64,000 bases of DNA from Candidatus Haiyanarchaeum thermophilum (GTDB lineage: Archaea > Nanobdellota > Nanobdellia > JAPDLS01 > Haiyanarchaeaceae): positions 158,435 to 222,434 of the forward strand of contig JAPDLS010000001.1 in assembly GCA_025920425.1 (NCBI GenBank), written 5' to 3'. Under the pieces are notes generated by a model that saw only the letters and a program-made list of their open reading frames with translations, had not been told where the DNA came from and did not search any database. The position numbers and the translations under genes are program-made. The stretch's first letter is position 1. Each line of letters starts with the position of its first letter. This document shows positions 10,181 to 19,637 of this stretch, piece after piece.

Positions 10181-10753
10181 TCACCCCTTCAGCTTTTTAT
10201 CTATTTCCTCAAGCCGTTGTGTTGTTTCATTCAAAACCGCTAACACCTCTTTCAAAGCTTGTTCGCTGAAACGCTCCTCAAGAGTTAAGCCCAAACTAAA
10301 CAAAGCCTTGAACAACCGCCTAAAAGATTCACGGATTTCTTCGGCTTTTTCTGGTGGTATGCGAAGCCAAAGCCCACCCATGAGGGGCAAAGTGAAAAAC
10401 TTTCTGCCCATGCGAAAATGACAGCGTACTTTCCGCTGCTCTTCCAAAAGCTGTTTTCCCTTATCCGTCAACGTATAACGCCTCACACCAGCTTCTTCCG
10501 ACGGCACCTCACGAACATAGCCGTTGTCCTGAAGCCAAGCTAAAAGTGGATAAACCGAACCAGGACTAGGCTTCCACCAGCCACCAGTGCGCCTTTCAAT
10601 CTCACTGATAATCTCTGAACCGGACATGGGATTCTCACTCAAAAGCTCAAGCACTTGGAAACGCAAGAACCCCTTTGGCACAGCAGCTACATGCCTCAAC
10701 CAATACCTAAACGGTGAAAGATGTGAAGGTGAAAACTCTTCATCGTTAAACAT
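10181..10753 (-). CDS. PadR-family transcriptional regulator
   Basis: PMSGSEII..IE.RTGG.WKPSPGSVYPLL..L...G, RRYTLTDKG. SD GGTGA upstream. Confidence 0.9.
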   Translation of the reverse strand: MFNDEEFSPSHLSPFRYWLRHVAAVPKGFLRFQVLELLSENPMSGSEIISEIERRTGGWWKPSPGSVYPLLAWLQDNGYVREVPSEEAGVRRYTLTDKGKQLLEEQRKVRCHFRMGRKFFTLPLMGGLWLRIPPEKAEEIRESFRRLFKALFSLGLTLEERFSEQALKEVLAVLNETTQRLEEIDKKLKG

Positions 10754-10756
10754 TTT

Positions 10757-10783
10757 ATATCACCATTGATATCAAATTCGATA
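10757..10783. promoter_or_regulatory. Putative PadR operator: two overlapping TATC-N6-GATA palindromes
   Basis: ATATCA-CCAT-TGATAT (10757-10772) and TATC-AAATTC-GATA (10770-10783), covering the RBS/TSS region of padR. Confidence 0.5.
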
Positions 10784-10917
10784 ATAAGAAGCTTAGTATT
10801 AAGGAATATTTAAGAATTGCGGCACTATTTGAACATAATAAAAAGAGGATGGATGTTGTGCTGGAGGAGTGGACATCGTAAGTACAGCCAGAATCCCTTA
10901 CTCTTTCTCATAGATCA

Positions 10918-13587
10918 TCAAGACTCAGGAAGCTGCTCAAATTTTTTGGATTTATCCTCTCTCTGCATTCTGCGTTTCTTCGTGAGAGCGGCTCTGCACA
11001 GCTTTTTTGCCTCCATCCAGAAAGTTGCTGCGATGGTTATTCCCAAGATTAGCGCCCAGCTTTCCTCAGGCAGGAAAGTGGTTTTCAAGGATTCTTGAAG
11101 AGGGGTAACATTAATACCTAAGAGCAGGACGAGAATTACAGTAATAGCCCAGATCAGCATCGGTTTATTCGAAAGAAAGCCTATCTGATAAAGCGGTTCC
11201 TTTTCAGACCTCAGGTTGAAAGCTAAGAAAATGTGCCCAAGCATCCAAGCTGCAAACGCAGCGGTTTGGGCTTGGATAAGACTGTAACCCTTATACCAGT
11301 GGAAAAGATAGCTTATTGAGACTGCTATGAAGAGTCCTAGAGCACTTACAAATATGCTATTCCGCATTGCCCTAGTTATGAATTTTTCTTTGGGATTATG
11401 AGGTGGTCTGACCATTACATCGGATTCCGCAGGCTCAGCCACAAATGTTGCAGAGGCGGCGAGGTCCATGAAGAGTTCCAACATGATGATCTGAATAGGA
11501 GCAAAAGGTGGGGGAACACCTAGAAGGAGTGGAAGGAGAAAGCTGGATACTAATGCTACTTTGCAGGCAAGGTAATAGCGCACTCCTTTCTTGAGATTGT
11601 CATACATTTTCCTCCCTTCCCTCACTGCCGTTGCAATAGTGGCAAAGTTGTCATCTGTCAGAATCATGTCGGCGGTTTCCTTGGCGATATCTGTGCCCCG
11701 TATACCCATTGCTATGCCTATCTCTGCCTCCTTGAGTGCTAGAGCATCATTAATACCATCGCCAGTCACGGCTACAATTTCTCCCAGTTCCCTGAGAAGA
11801 CGCACAATGCGCAGCTTGTGTTCAGGGGTAGTCCTAGCGAAAATGAAAGTTGTCTTCAGTGCCTCTTTCAGTTCTTCGTCACTCATCTTAGAAATATCGA
11901 CTCCAGAGAGAATCCTGGTGGTGTTTATGCCTACCTCCGCAGCAATTGCTTTGGCTGTCTCTGGATGGTCACCAGTAACCATCATAACTCTTATTCCTGC
12001 TTCCTGACATAAACGTATAGCTTCTCTAACTTCAGGTCTGGGTGGATCAATAAAACCAACTATGCCAATGAAGACTAAGTTCCTCTCCGCATCTTCTGCT
12101 AATAATCTCTCTTTTTCTGAAATTTTCCGATAGCCAATGCCTAGAAGCCTCCAGCCCCTGCTAGCCATTTCAGAGATGATTTCTCTAACTTTTTCCCTAT
12201 CTTTGGCATTTAAATCTAGCTCTCCATCACCTTTCCATATTTTGACAGATCTTTCGAGGACTGCCTCTGGGGCACCACTCGAGAAGACGTAGAGATTATT
12301 GTCATGTTCATAGATATAGGAAGCCATCTTCCGGATGTTGTCAAAGCTAAATTCATTTCGAAGAATATAGCTGCCTTGTATTTCCTTAACATTGATATTC
12401 ATGTTTTGAGCCACCTCGAGGATGGCAGTTTCAAACGGGTTTGCCAGTGATGTTTTCTCCTCCTCGACTTCTGTTAAGATGCCTACTGCCAAGAGAGCTG
12501 TTTCCAACAGTTTTCTAGGAATCTTTCTGGAATTACTGATTTGCGAAATCTCATCGTTGAAGTAGAAGCCGACCATACTCAATCTGTTTTGCGTGATGGT
12601 TCCAGTCTTGTCCGTGACTATAATTGTTACACTCCCCAATGTCTCTGCGGCGCGCAAACGCTTTACCAGAGCATGTTTTTTAGAGAGAGCATAGGCTCCA
12701 AGTCCAAGCACCATGGTAATGATTATTGGCATCTCCTCAGGTATTGTCGCGAAAGCTAAGGAAAGACTAATAAGCACCATTTGTTCCCACGGCACTCCTC
12801 GGATAATTCCAAGCACCAGAACAAGTCCACTGAAGAAAAGAGCAATCCAGATGAGCGAGCCTGAAAGTTGTTTCATGGCAGCTTGCAAAGGCGTTTTTGG
12901 TTCTTTGATCTCTTGGGCAAGCCTGCCTATCTTTCCCAGTTCTGTCTTAGGTCCGGTTGCTACAACGATAGCTTTGCCTCGGCCTCTGGTCACAACCGTT
13001 CCTGCGAAGACCATGTTTTTCCGATCTGCGATTTCTGTATCCTTAGGTAAAATCACATTGGCATCTTTAAGGATTGGGAACGATTCCCCTGTAAGAGAGG
13101 ACTCATCGACTTGAAGGCCATAAGATTCGACGAGCCTTGCGTCTGCAGGTATCCTTTGACCGGCCTTCAAGAGTATTAAGTCACCTGGGACGAGTTCAGA
13201 GGTAGGTACCTCTTTTGGCCGTCCCTCTCTTATCACAACGGTTGAAGGAGAAGCTAATCTTTTTAACGCTGCAATGGATCGTTTTGCTCGAAACTCATTC
13301 CAAACTTCGACTGAAATTATTATAAGTATAACACCAAGGATTGTTAGGACGTCTCGCAACTCGCCCCAAAAGCTGTAGAGTACGCCCACAGCCAAGAGAA
13401 GGAGGATCATGGGCTCAGTAAGTGCTTCTCGAGCTATTCCAAAGAAACTGACTTCTCTTTCCTCAACGAGCAGGTTCGCTCCAAACTTCTCTAGTCTTTG
13501 TTTAGCTTCAGCGTCATCTAATCCTTGCTTTAGGTCAGTTTTCAGTTGTTGAACTATCTTCTGTAGCTCAAGCGAATGCCACTCCAT
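10918..13587 (-). CDS. P-type cation-transporting ATPase (P2A Ca2+/Mn2+-like)
   Basis: DESSLTGES, IPEEMP, DKTGT phosphorylation motif, DPPR, TGD, TGDGIND. Start placed at MEWH after SD GGAGGT (ORF track starts at 13605). Confidence 0.93.
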   Translation of the reverse strand: MEWHSLELQKIVQQLKTDLKQGLDDAEAKQRLEKFGANLLVEEREVSFFGIAREALTEPMILLLLAVGVLYSFWGELRDVLTILGVILIIISVEVWNEFRAKRSIAALKRLASPSTVVIREGRPKEVPTSELVPGDLILLKAGQRIPADARLVESYGLQVDESSLTGESFPILKDANVILPKDTEIADRKNMVFAGTVVTRGRGKAIVVATGPKTELGKIGRLAQEIKEPKTPLQAAMKQLSGSLIWIALFFSGLVLVLGIIRGVPWEQMVLISLSLAFATIPEEMPIIITMVLGLGAYALSKKHALVKRLRAAETLGSVTIIVTDKTGTITQNRLSMVGFYFNDEISQISNSRKIPRKLLETALLAVGILTEVEEEKTSLANPFETAILEVAQNMNINVKEIQGSYILRNEFSFDNIRKMASYIYEHDNNLYVFSSGAPEAVLERSVKIWKGDGELDLNAKDREKVREIISEMASRGWRLLGIGYRKISEKERLLAEDAERNLVFIGIVGFIDPPRPEVREAIRLCQEAGIRVMMVTGDHPETAKAIAAEVGINTTRILSGVDISKMSDEELKEALKTTFIFARTTPEHKLRIVRLLRELGEIVAVTGDGINDALALKEAEIGIAMGIRGTDIAKETADMILTDDNFATIATAVREGRKMYDNLKKGVRYYLACKVALVSSFLLPLLLGVPPPFAPIQIIMLELFMDLAASATFVAEPAESDVMVRPPHNPKEKFITRAMRNSIFVSALGLFIAVSISYLFHWYKGYSLIQAQTAAFAAWMLGHIFLAFNLRSEKEPLYQIGFLSNKPMLIWAITVILVLLLGINVTPLQESLKTTFLPEESWALILGITIAATFWMEAKKLCRAALTKKRRMQREDKSKKFEQLPES

Positions 13588-13647
13588 GAAAAGACCTCCC
13601 ATCACTTCGCTAAGAAATGCAGTGAAAATGACTTCGCACCTCCATCG

Positions 13648-13671
13648 GTATGTTTAGCATACTAAACATAC
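13648..13671. promoter_or_regulatory. Perfect inverted repeat, putative repressor operator of the P-type ATPase
   Basis: GTATGTTTAG-CATA-CTAAACATAC (10-bp arms), directly downstream of a minus-strand TTTAAG TATA-like box at 13671-13676. Confidence 0.6.
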
Positions 13672-13728
13672 TTAAACATTTCGATTCCAAGCGTTTAAAA
13701 ACGCAAGGCTTCAAAAAGCTAGCAAAAA

Positions 13729-13908
13729 TTAAAGTTTTAAGATTTCCTCAATAACACCTATGTATACGAATGACAAATAAAAAATTCCGGCAAATGGTAA
13801 ATAGTAAAAAATGCTTGGAAATAACAAATTAACATCGATTCCCAGTAAAGGTAAAATTATGTACAAAATTAGTAATCCCACCCATTGCAGAATTTCATGA
13901 AATGCATC
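13729..13908 (-). pseudogene. Fragment of a PrsW-like intramembrane glutamic protease
   Basis: Stop-bounded frame DAFHEILQWVGLLILYIILPLLGIDVNLLFPSIFYYLPFAGIFYLSFVYIGVIEEILKL*. Hydrophobic helices end in the EExxK motif, followed directly by a stop. Confidence 0.45.
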
Positions 13909-13984
13909 TTACTTTCTCAGATACTCTGTTAAAGAATTTCACCGAAACTGGCCGAGACTTAAAAAGACAGGGAAAGCTGATCCC

Positions 13985-15352
13985 TTAAGTTAAGAATTGC
14001 TTCTCATACTCTTTTAAGTATTCTACAGATTTCTTCACATCCACGAACAGCTTCTCAGCCTTCATTATATGCTCTTTCTTTATCACCTCACATCTCTCTT
14101 CCTTAGCTATTTCGAAAGATGGAGCCATCAACTGGATCACATATCTCAAACTGGTTCTAGTGCCCAATTGAGTTAAGTAATCTAAAGCTTCATCATCTAG
14201 CTTTATCTTTTCTGCCTGAGCTCTAATCTCTAGTATTTTCCTTATCTCTTTCTCGGTGTAGGGTTTAGTATTGATGATCAAAAGCCTATCCACCAAGTCT
14301 AGAGGCATTCCATGCACAGACTTTATATCAGTACCTCGAATTGTCGTAATTCCCCTGTTTGTGGCAAAAATTATAATTGGAGCAAGTTCTTGTTCTAGAG
14401 CTCGATTTAGGAAAGCAAAAGTCTCTATATCTAACATGCTGCACTCATCTATGAATACTACTCCAGGCAACAGCTCACATCTCCCTTCTTGGACTAATGA
14501 TTTAATGTACTCATCTACCTCTTTTCTCACTTCAGGTTCAATCTCCTTAGATTCCCTCCCTCCAAAGAAGAGGCTGAAAAAATCACTTCCACTTTGCTTA
14601 GCCAGAGAGACATCAAGGGTGTGTAAGGTAACCGGATATACGAACTCTTTTTCCTTCAAAATCTTTCCCTTTGGCACTGGAACTGGTTGGACGCTCGTTA
14701 GATCTAATTTTTTATCCTTCACCGCCTCTTCGCTTGGACCAAGTTTAACTATTCTCCCACCATCCACATCGATTTGAATCACATCCCCAGTCTCCACTCC
14801 TTGTTGGATGAGTTGAATTGCAAAAGTTTGATCCATAGTTAATCTCTTACTCTCATCTGTAGTGGAGATTTTTATCGTAGCTCCTACCGGAATTTGTTGA
14901 TATGGATTGTAAGGATGAGGAGCTTTCTCTATTGAGATCTCCTCCACCTTTCCCTCGTAAATCTTCCTCACTTCATGAATCCTAGCTCCAATTGCCTTTC
15001 TAAGTACTTGAGTAAGGAACTCAGTTTTCTTCATCTCAGTAGAGAAGATCTCACTGGCTGTTAATGGCACAAATGGTACGTCCTTTCCTAACTCTTTAGC
15101 TATCGCCATCGCTAGAGCACTCTTCCCTGTACCTGGAGGGCCAGCGAAGAGGATAGCTCTCCCAGCAAATTTTCCTTGCTTGATCAGTCTTACCACTATA
15201 CCACAAGCCTCCCTTGCCTCAATTTGCCCAACCATCCCATCTCCCACAAACTTGGCTCTAAGCCCATCTAGGCCTAGCCCAGTAATGTGAGAATGAGCTG
15301 CTATTCTTTCCCACTCTCGGAGAGATGGAGCAACTTCCCTTACCTCTGGCAT
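13985..15352 (-). CDS. TIP49 / RuvB-like (Pontin/Reptin) AAA+ ATPase
   Basis: RIAAHSHITGLGL, GMVGQ.EAREA.G, GPPGTGKS, FIDE..MLDIE.F.FLNRALE, TSLRY. Confidence 0.95.
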   Translation of the reverse strand: MPEVREVAPSLREWERIAAHSHITGLGLDGLRAKFVGDGMVGQIEAREACGIVVRLIKQGKFAGRAILFAGPPGTGKSALAMAIAKELGKDVPFVPLTASEIFSTEMKKTEFLTQVLRKAIGARIHEVRKIYEGKVEEISIEKAPHPYNPYQQIPVGATIKISTTDESKRLTMDQTFAIQLIQQGVETGDVIQIDVDGGRIVKLGPSEEAVKDKKLDLTSVQPVPVPKGKILKEKEFVYPVTLHTLDVSLAKQSGSDFFSLFFGGRESKEIEPEVRKEVDEYIKSLVQEGRCELLPGVVFIDECSMLDIETFAFLNRALEQELAPIIIFATNRGITTIRGTDIKSVHGMPLDLVDRLLIINTKPYTEKEIRKILEIRAQAEKIKLDDEALDYLTQLGTRTSLRYVIQLMAPSFEIAKEERCEVIKKEHIMKAEKLFVDVKKSVEYLKEYEKQFLT

Positions 15353-15430
15353 ATTCCCCCACTATTTAAAAGCTGTAGTTATCTCCTTACTTTAATATTC
15401 TAATTATTCCTAAAATTTTAAAAGTTTGTT

Positions 15431-16681
15431 CTAAGGGACATCAAATTCCTGAGATGAGACTCTTAACTTTTCTACTACTTGTTTACGCTCTCTATATCTC
15501 CACGGCTCTCTAGCGAGTGGACATCTGCTAGTTTGGGGTTCCCAACATTCGCCAATCACCATACATCTGGGACCAACGTTTTCTTCTTCCTTCAGCTTTT
15601 CGTAGAGAGGTATACCCAACTTACTTCTAATCTCCCATTGTGCAGCCCCACATGCTCTCTGCATGACGATGTACGGAGCATGGGCTGCATTCACGTAGAA
15701 TTTGCCCCTAGCTTTCTGTCCTAACAAAAGACTATACACATAAGTGGCATCTAATTCTTCAAGCTTAGCTTCCTGTATATCACATGCCTCTTTTGCAATT
15801 CTATAATATTCTTTTCTCTCTCCCTCCCCAAATGAGGGAGGGACTTCGAATTTTCTTCTTCTAGCAATTGAGGTCACTGGTTCGATCATCACTAGTCCCT
15901 GTCTCAATCTTACAGCCTGAGCATACATGGAGAGGCTTCCATCGAGGTCTAAATCAAGCATGCATGAAAAGAGGGGAGAACTTATCTGCTTGTTCCCCTT
16001 ACCATATTTCACCTTTTTCTTCCACCACTCAAACGACATCTCAAAGGGCCATTCCGATAGACTTCTTTCATTTGGAACAAACCCTATCTCCTCTATAACC
16101 CTCTCTAGCAGTGAGGATTTAAGCTCATCCTCCTCTTTTAGCGGAAAATCTCCCAAACTATTTGCCAGCTTGGCCAAGTCTCTAACTCTGTTGGCAGAGG
16201 CATCTAGGATGATTGTAGTCTTTACTCCTTCTGGAAGGAGAAATCTCGCATCTTCTTCAGCTATCCCTTTCTTCACAAATTCTTCATATACAGGTAATGC
16301 TAGGTCATGCAAATATTTGCTTTCTCTATCGATACATTCAAATGGAGGCTTTTGGATCCTCAAAGATCTCTCAAGTCCAGAGATTCTGATTCCATTCAGA
16401 GCATTTGCCTCCCTCCAGATCCTCAATGCCTCAAATCTGCTAGGATTGATTATTAGCAAAGTATCTCCAAACTCTATGCCAATTCTATGGCCGAAACCCT
16501 TTCCAGGAGGATTATCTGCAGGAGCTCTCACAATCCTCTGCACATACTTCTTGCATTCCTCAACTCCAGCCATTTCACATTCCTTTATAATTTCCTCGAT
16601 CGGCTTCTTTTTTCTCGTAACTGAAAGTGCTATGGCTCTATTGATCCATGGATCATTTTTATACACTAAAATTTTAGTCAT
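15431..16681 (-). CDS. Tandem-domain ThyX-like (flavin-dependent thymidylate synthase family) protein, divergent
   Basis: GH...EF, SR, ERSLR, GIAEEDARFLLP..KT.I and QRACGAAQWEIR are ThyX hallmarks spread over two repeats. Start placed at MTKILV. Confidence 0.65.
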   Translation of the reverse strand: MTKILVYKNDPWINRAIALSVTRKKKPIEEIIKECEMAGVEECKKYVQRIVRAPADNPPGKGFGHRIGIEFGDTLLIINPSRFEALRIWREANALNGIRISGLERSLRIQKPPFECIDRESKYLHDLALPVYEEFVKKGIAEEDARFLLPEGVKTTIILDASANRVRDLAKLANSLGDFPLKEEDELKSSLLERVIEEIGFVPNERSLSEWPFEMSFEWWKKKVKYGKGNKQISSPLFSCMLDLDLDGSLSMYAQAVRLRQGLVMIEPVTSIARRRKFEVPPSFGEGERKEYYRIAKEACDIQEAKLEELDATYVYSLLLGQKARGKFYVNAAHAPYIVMQRACGAAQWEIRSKLGIPLYEKLKEEENVGPRCMVIGECWEPQTSRCPLAREPWRYRERKQVVEKLRVSSQEFDVP

Positions 16682-16795
16682 AAGGGAGTAGTTAATCTTT
16701 AAACTTTTAAGTTTTGTGGGATATAGATGATTATCTTTTTTTCTCAGATTGCCTCTTAGCAAATAATTTTAAGTTTTCTCCCCATAATCACCATA

Positions 16796-17917
16796 ATGGA
16801 TTGGGATTTCCTAAAAGGAGTAGCGGCCATTCTTGGCACAGTGATAGGAGCAGGTATCCTAGCTATTCCTTACGTTTTCTGGAAGGCAGGGTTCCTCAGC
16901 GGTCTCATTTGCCTCATCATAGTGGGCTTAATTAGTATACTCATCCTACTCTACGTTGGAGAAATATCTCTAAGGACGAAGGAAACTCTTCAGATAGTTG
17001 GGCTAGTAGGCAAATATCTTGGAAGGAAGAGCAAGAGCTTAATGTTGATCCTACAGGTGCTTGGAATATATGGAGCATTGATAGCATATATGATAGGAGT
17101 AGCAGAGATATTCAATAGTATACTTGGAATTGAGCCTCCAGTTACCATCACGATTTTCTTTCTCCTTACATTCCCAGTAGTCTATCTTGGATTAAAGGTG
17201 GTAGAAAAGGTTGAATTTTATCTTTCCTACCTTAAAATTTTACTAATTATTACTCTCTCATTCCTCCTATTCCCTTACCTAAATCTGGAAAATCTGCTGA
17301 AATTTAATCCATCTAAGTTATTACTCCCCTATGGAGTACTTACCTTTGCATGTACTGGGTATTCAGTAATTCCTAATCTAGAAAGGATACTGGAAAAGAA
17401 AAAGGGACTTATGAAACCATGTATCCTCTCAGGTATGCTCCTCTCCATCTTCATATATCTTCTCTTCGCCATAGCTTTCGTAGGTTATCTAGATGGGAGG
17501 GTGGAAGAAATAGCCACTAATAGTTTCGGTGATTTTAGCTTAAAGATATTTGCATCTATAACTACTTTGCTCCTCCTAACTACTCCATATATCATCCTAG
17601 CCTGGGTTCTCAAGGATACCTTCATCTTCGACTACCAGCTGAGGAAACCAATCCCAGCCATCTTAGCTTGTGTAGTTCCCTTTCTCGTAGCATTTATAGC
17701 CACTCCAAGTTTCATGAGAATGTTGGAAATAAGTGGGGCTTATGCTGGTAGTCTTACCTATATAATTTTTTGCTTTTTGGTAATTAGGGCGAGAAAGAAT
17801 GGGGACTGTAAACCTCCCTATGTAGTACCATTCGGAAATAAGCCCCTTTACTTCATCTCCATTCTCGGAATATTTGGGATTCTCTACACCACTCTTTCAT
17901 TGTTATCTATGATTTAG
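16796..17917 (+). CDS. Aromatic amino acid / HAAAP-family permease
   Basis: GTVIGAGILAIPY.F..AG, YGALIAY, ~11 TM helices. Confidence 0.85.
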   Translation: MDWDFLKGVAAILGTVIGAGILAIPYVFWKAGFLSGLICLIIVGLISILILLYVGEISLRTKETLQIVGLVGKYLGRKSKSLMLILQVLGIYGALIAYMIGVAEIFNSILGIEPPVTITIFFLLTFPVVYLGLKVVEKVEFYLSYLKILLIITLSFLLFPYLNLENLLKFNPSKLLLPYGVLTFACTGYSVIPNLERILEKKKGLMKPCILSGMLLSIFIYLLFAIAFVGYLDGRVEEIATNSFGDFSLKIFASITTLLLLTTPYIILAWVLKDTFIFDYQLRKPIPAILACVVPFLVAFIATPSFMRMLEISGAYAGSLTYIIFCFLVIRARKNGDCKPPYVVPFGNKPLYFISILGIFGILYTTLSLLSMI

Positions 17918-18619
<702 letters not shown>

Positions 18620-18726
18620 TTACTTTATGATCTCTCACAACTACTCGCTCCACAACTATGCATAATGCTCTCTCAAACTTCAAATTCACGAAATTTATTT
18701 ATTTCGTAAGACACAAAATCCTCTAT

Positions 18727-19554
18727 ATGATGGAAGTTAGGCTGATTGGTACCAGATATGCGACAGGCATTATCATGGTATACTTACTTATCTCTCTCAT
18801 CTTCCTTATTCTGTTTACTCAGTTGATCCTTCATCCTCTCTTTTTAGCTTTTTTCATTGGCTGCATTCTCTTTTGCTTCTATAGAGGGGTCAAGGATCTG
18901 AAATATTATTATCTCATAACTGGTATACCTACATCCAAAGTGAGATCTCTTGCCATCGGTCTCTCAGAAGTGAAGGGGATAATACACCCATTTACCCAGA
19001 AGCTCATATCTCCTTTCTCAAAACAAGAATGTGTGCTCTACAAATATATAGTAGAGGAGTATAGAAGAAGCCATAGAAGTAGTTATTGGGTCCCTGTTAA
19101 AGTAGAGTTGAAGAGCGTTCCATTTTACCTAGTAGATGATACTGGAAGAGTTTTAGTAGACCCTCGGGGGGCTGAATTAGATTTGGATCCGAGTTATAGG
19201 GCTACTTCCCCATTTACCTATGAGATTGAAGACTTTCTCCGCTCGATTGGTGTCTCAACTACCTTCCTATTTTTTCCCAAAAAATTGAGAGTCACTGAGT
19301 ACTGTATTCCAATCAACTCAGAACTCTACGTGCTAGGATATGTGGGAGATAATCCATATATAGAGGAGGCTACTACAGTACTTGGGCATGAAGATCTTAT
19401 GGTACAGAAAATGGAGAAAGAACCATTTTATCTTTCTACTAAGAGTGAAAAAGACCTCGTTAAGAAGCTTAAGAGGAGAGCCATCCTCACTCTAAGTATG
19501 GGTACTGCTGCTTTAAGTGGTCTCCTCTACGCTGTGTTGATTTTCTTCATTTGA
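18727..19554 (+). CDS. GIDE-domain membrane protein
   Basis: PTSKVRSLAIGLSEVKG, SPFS..ECV.Y, PFYLVDDTGRVLVDPRGAE, LYVLG, with flanking TM helices. Confidence 0.7.
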   Translation: MMEVRLIGTRYATGIIMVYLLISLIFLILFTQLILHPLFLAFFIGCILFCFYRGVKDLKYYYLITGIPTSKVRSLAIGLSEVKGIIHPFTQKLISPFSKQECVLYKYIVEEYRRSHRSSYWVPVKVELKSVPFYLVDDTGRVLVDPRGAELDLDPSYRATSPFTYEIEDFLRSIGVSTTFLFFPKKLRVTEYCIPINSELYVLGYVGDNPYIEEATTVLGHEDLMVQKMEKEPFYLSTKSEKDLVKKLKRRAILTLSMGTAALSGLLYAVLIFFI

Positions 19555-19637
19555 ATTGGGATCAGTAGTTGTGTTCAAGTTTTGTAGCGTGAAAATGGTG
19601 AGAAAGTTTTTTTAATCCTTACTTATTTCCCAGAAGA

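Noticed and set aside
13588-13647. yybP-ykoY (Mn) riboswitch before the P-type ATPase
   Set aside because: Leader is only ~60 nt and I could not find the conserved aptamer elements.
7960-13984. attL/attR pair or integrase for the tRNA-Glu island
   Set aside because: No duplicate of the tRNA 3' end and no recombinase or transposase seen, so it is not called a mobile element.
15927-16691. 254-aa antisense ORF, and the many similar Ser/Ile/Phe-rich antisense ORFs across the window
   Set aside because: Shadow frames of real genes produced by purine-rich codon usage; no motifs or expression signals.
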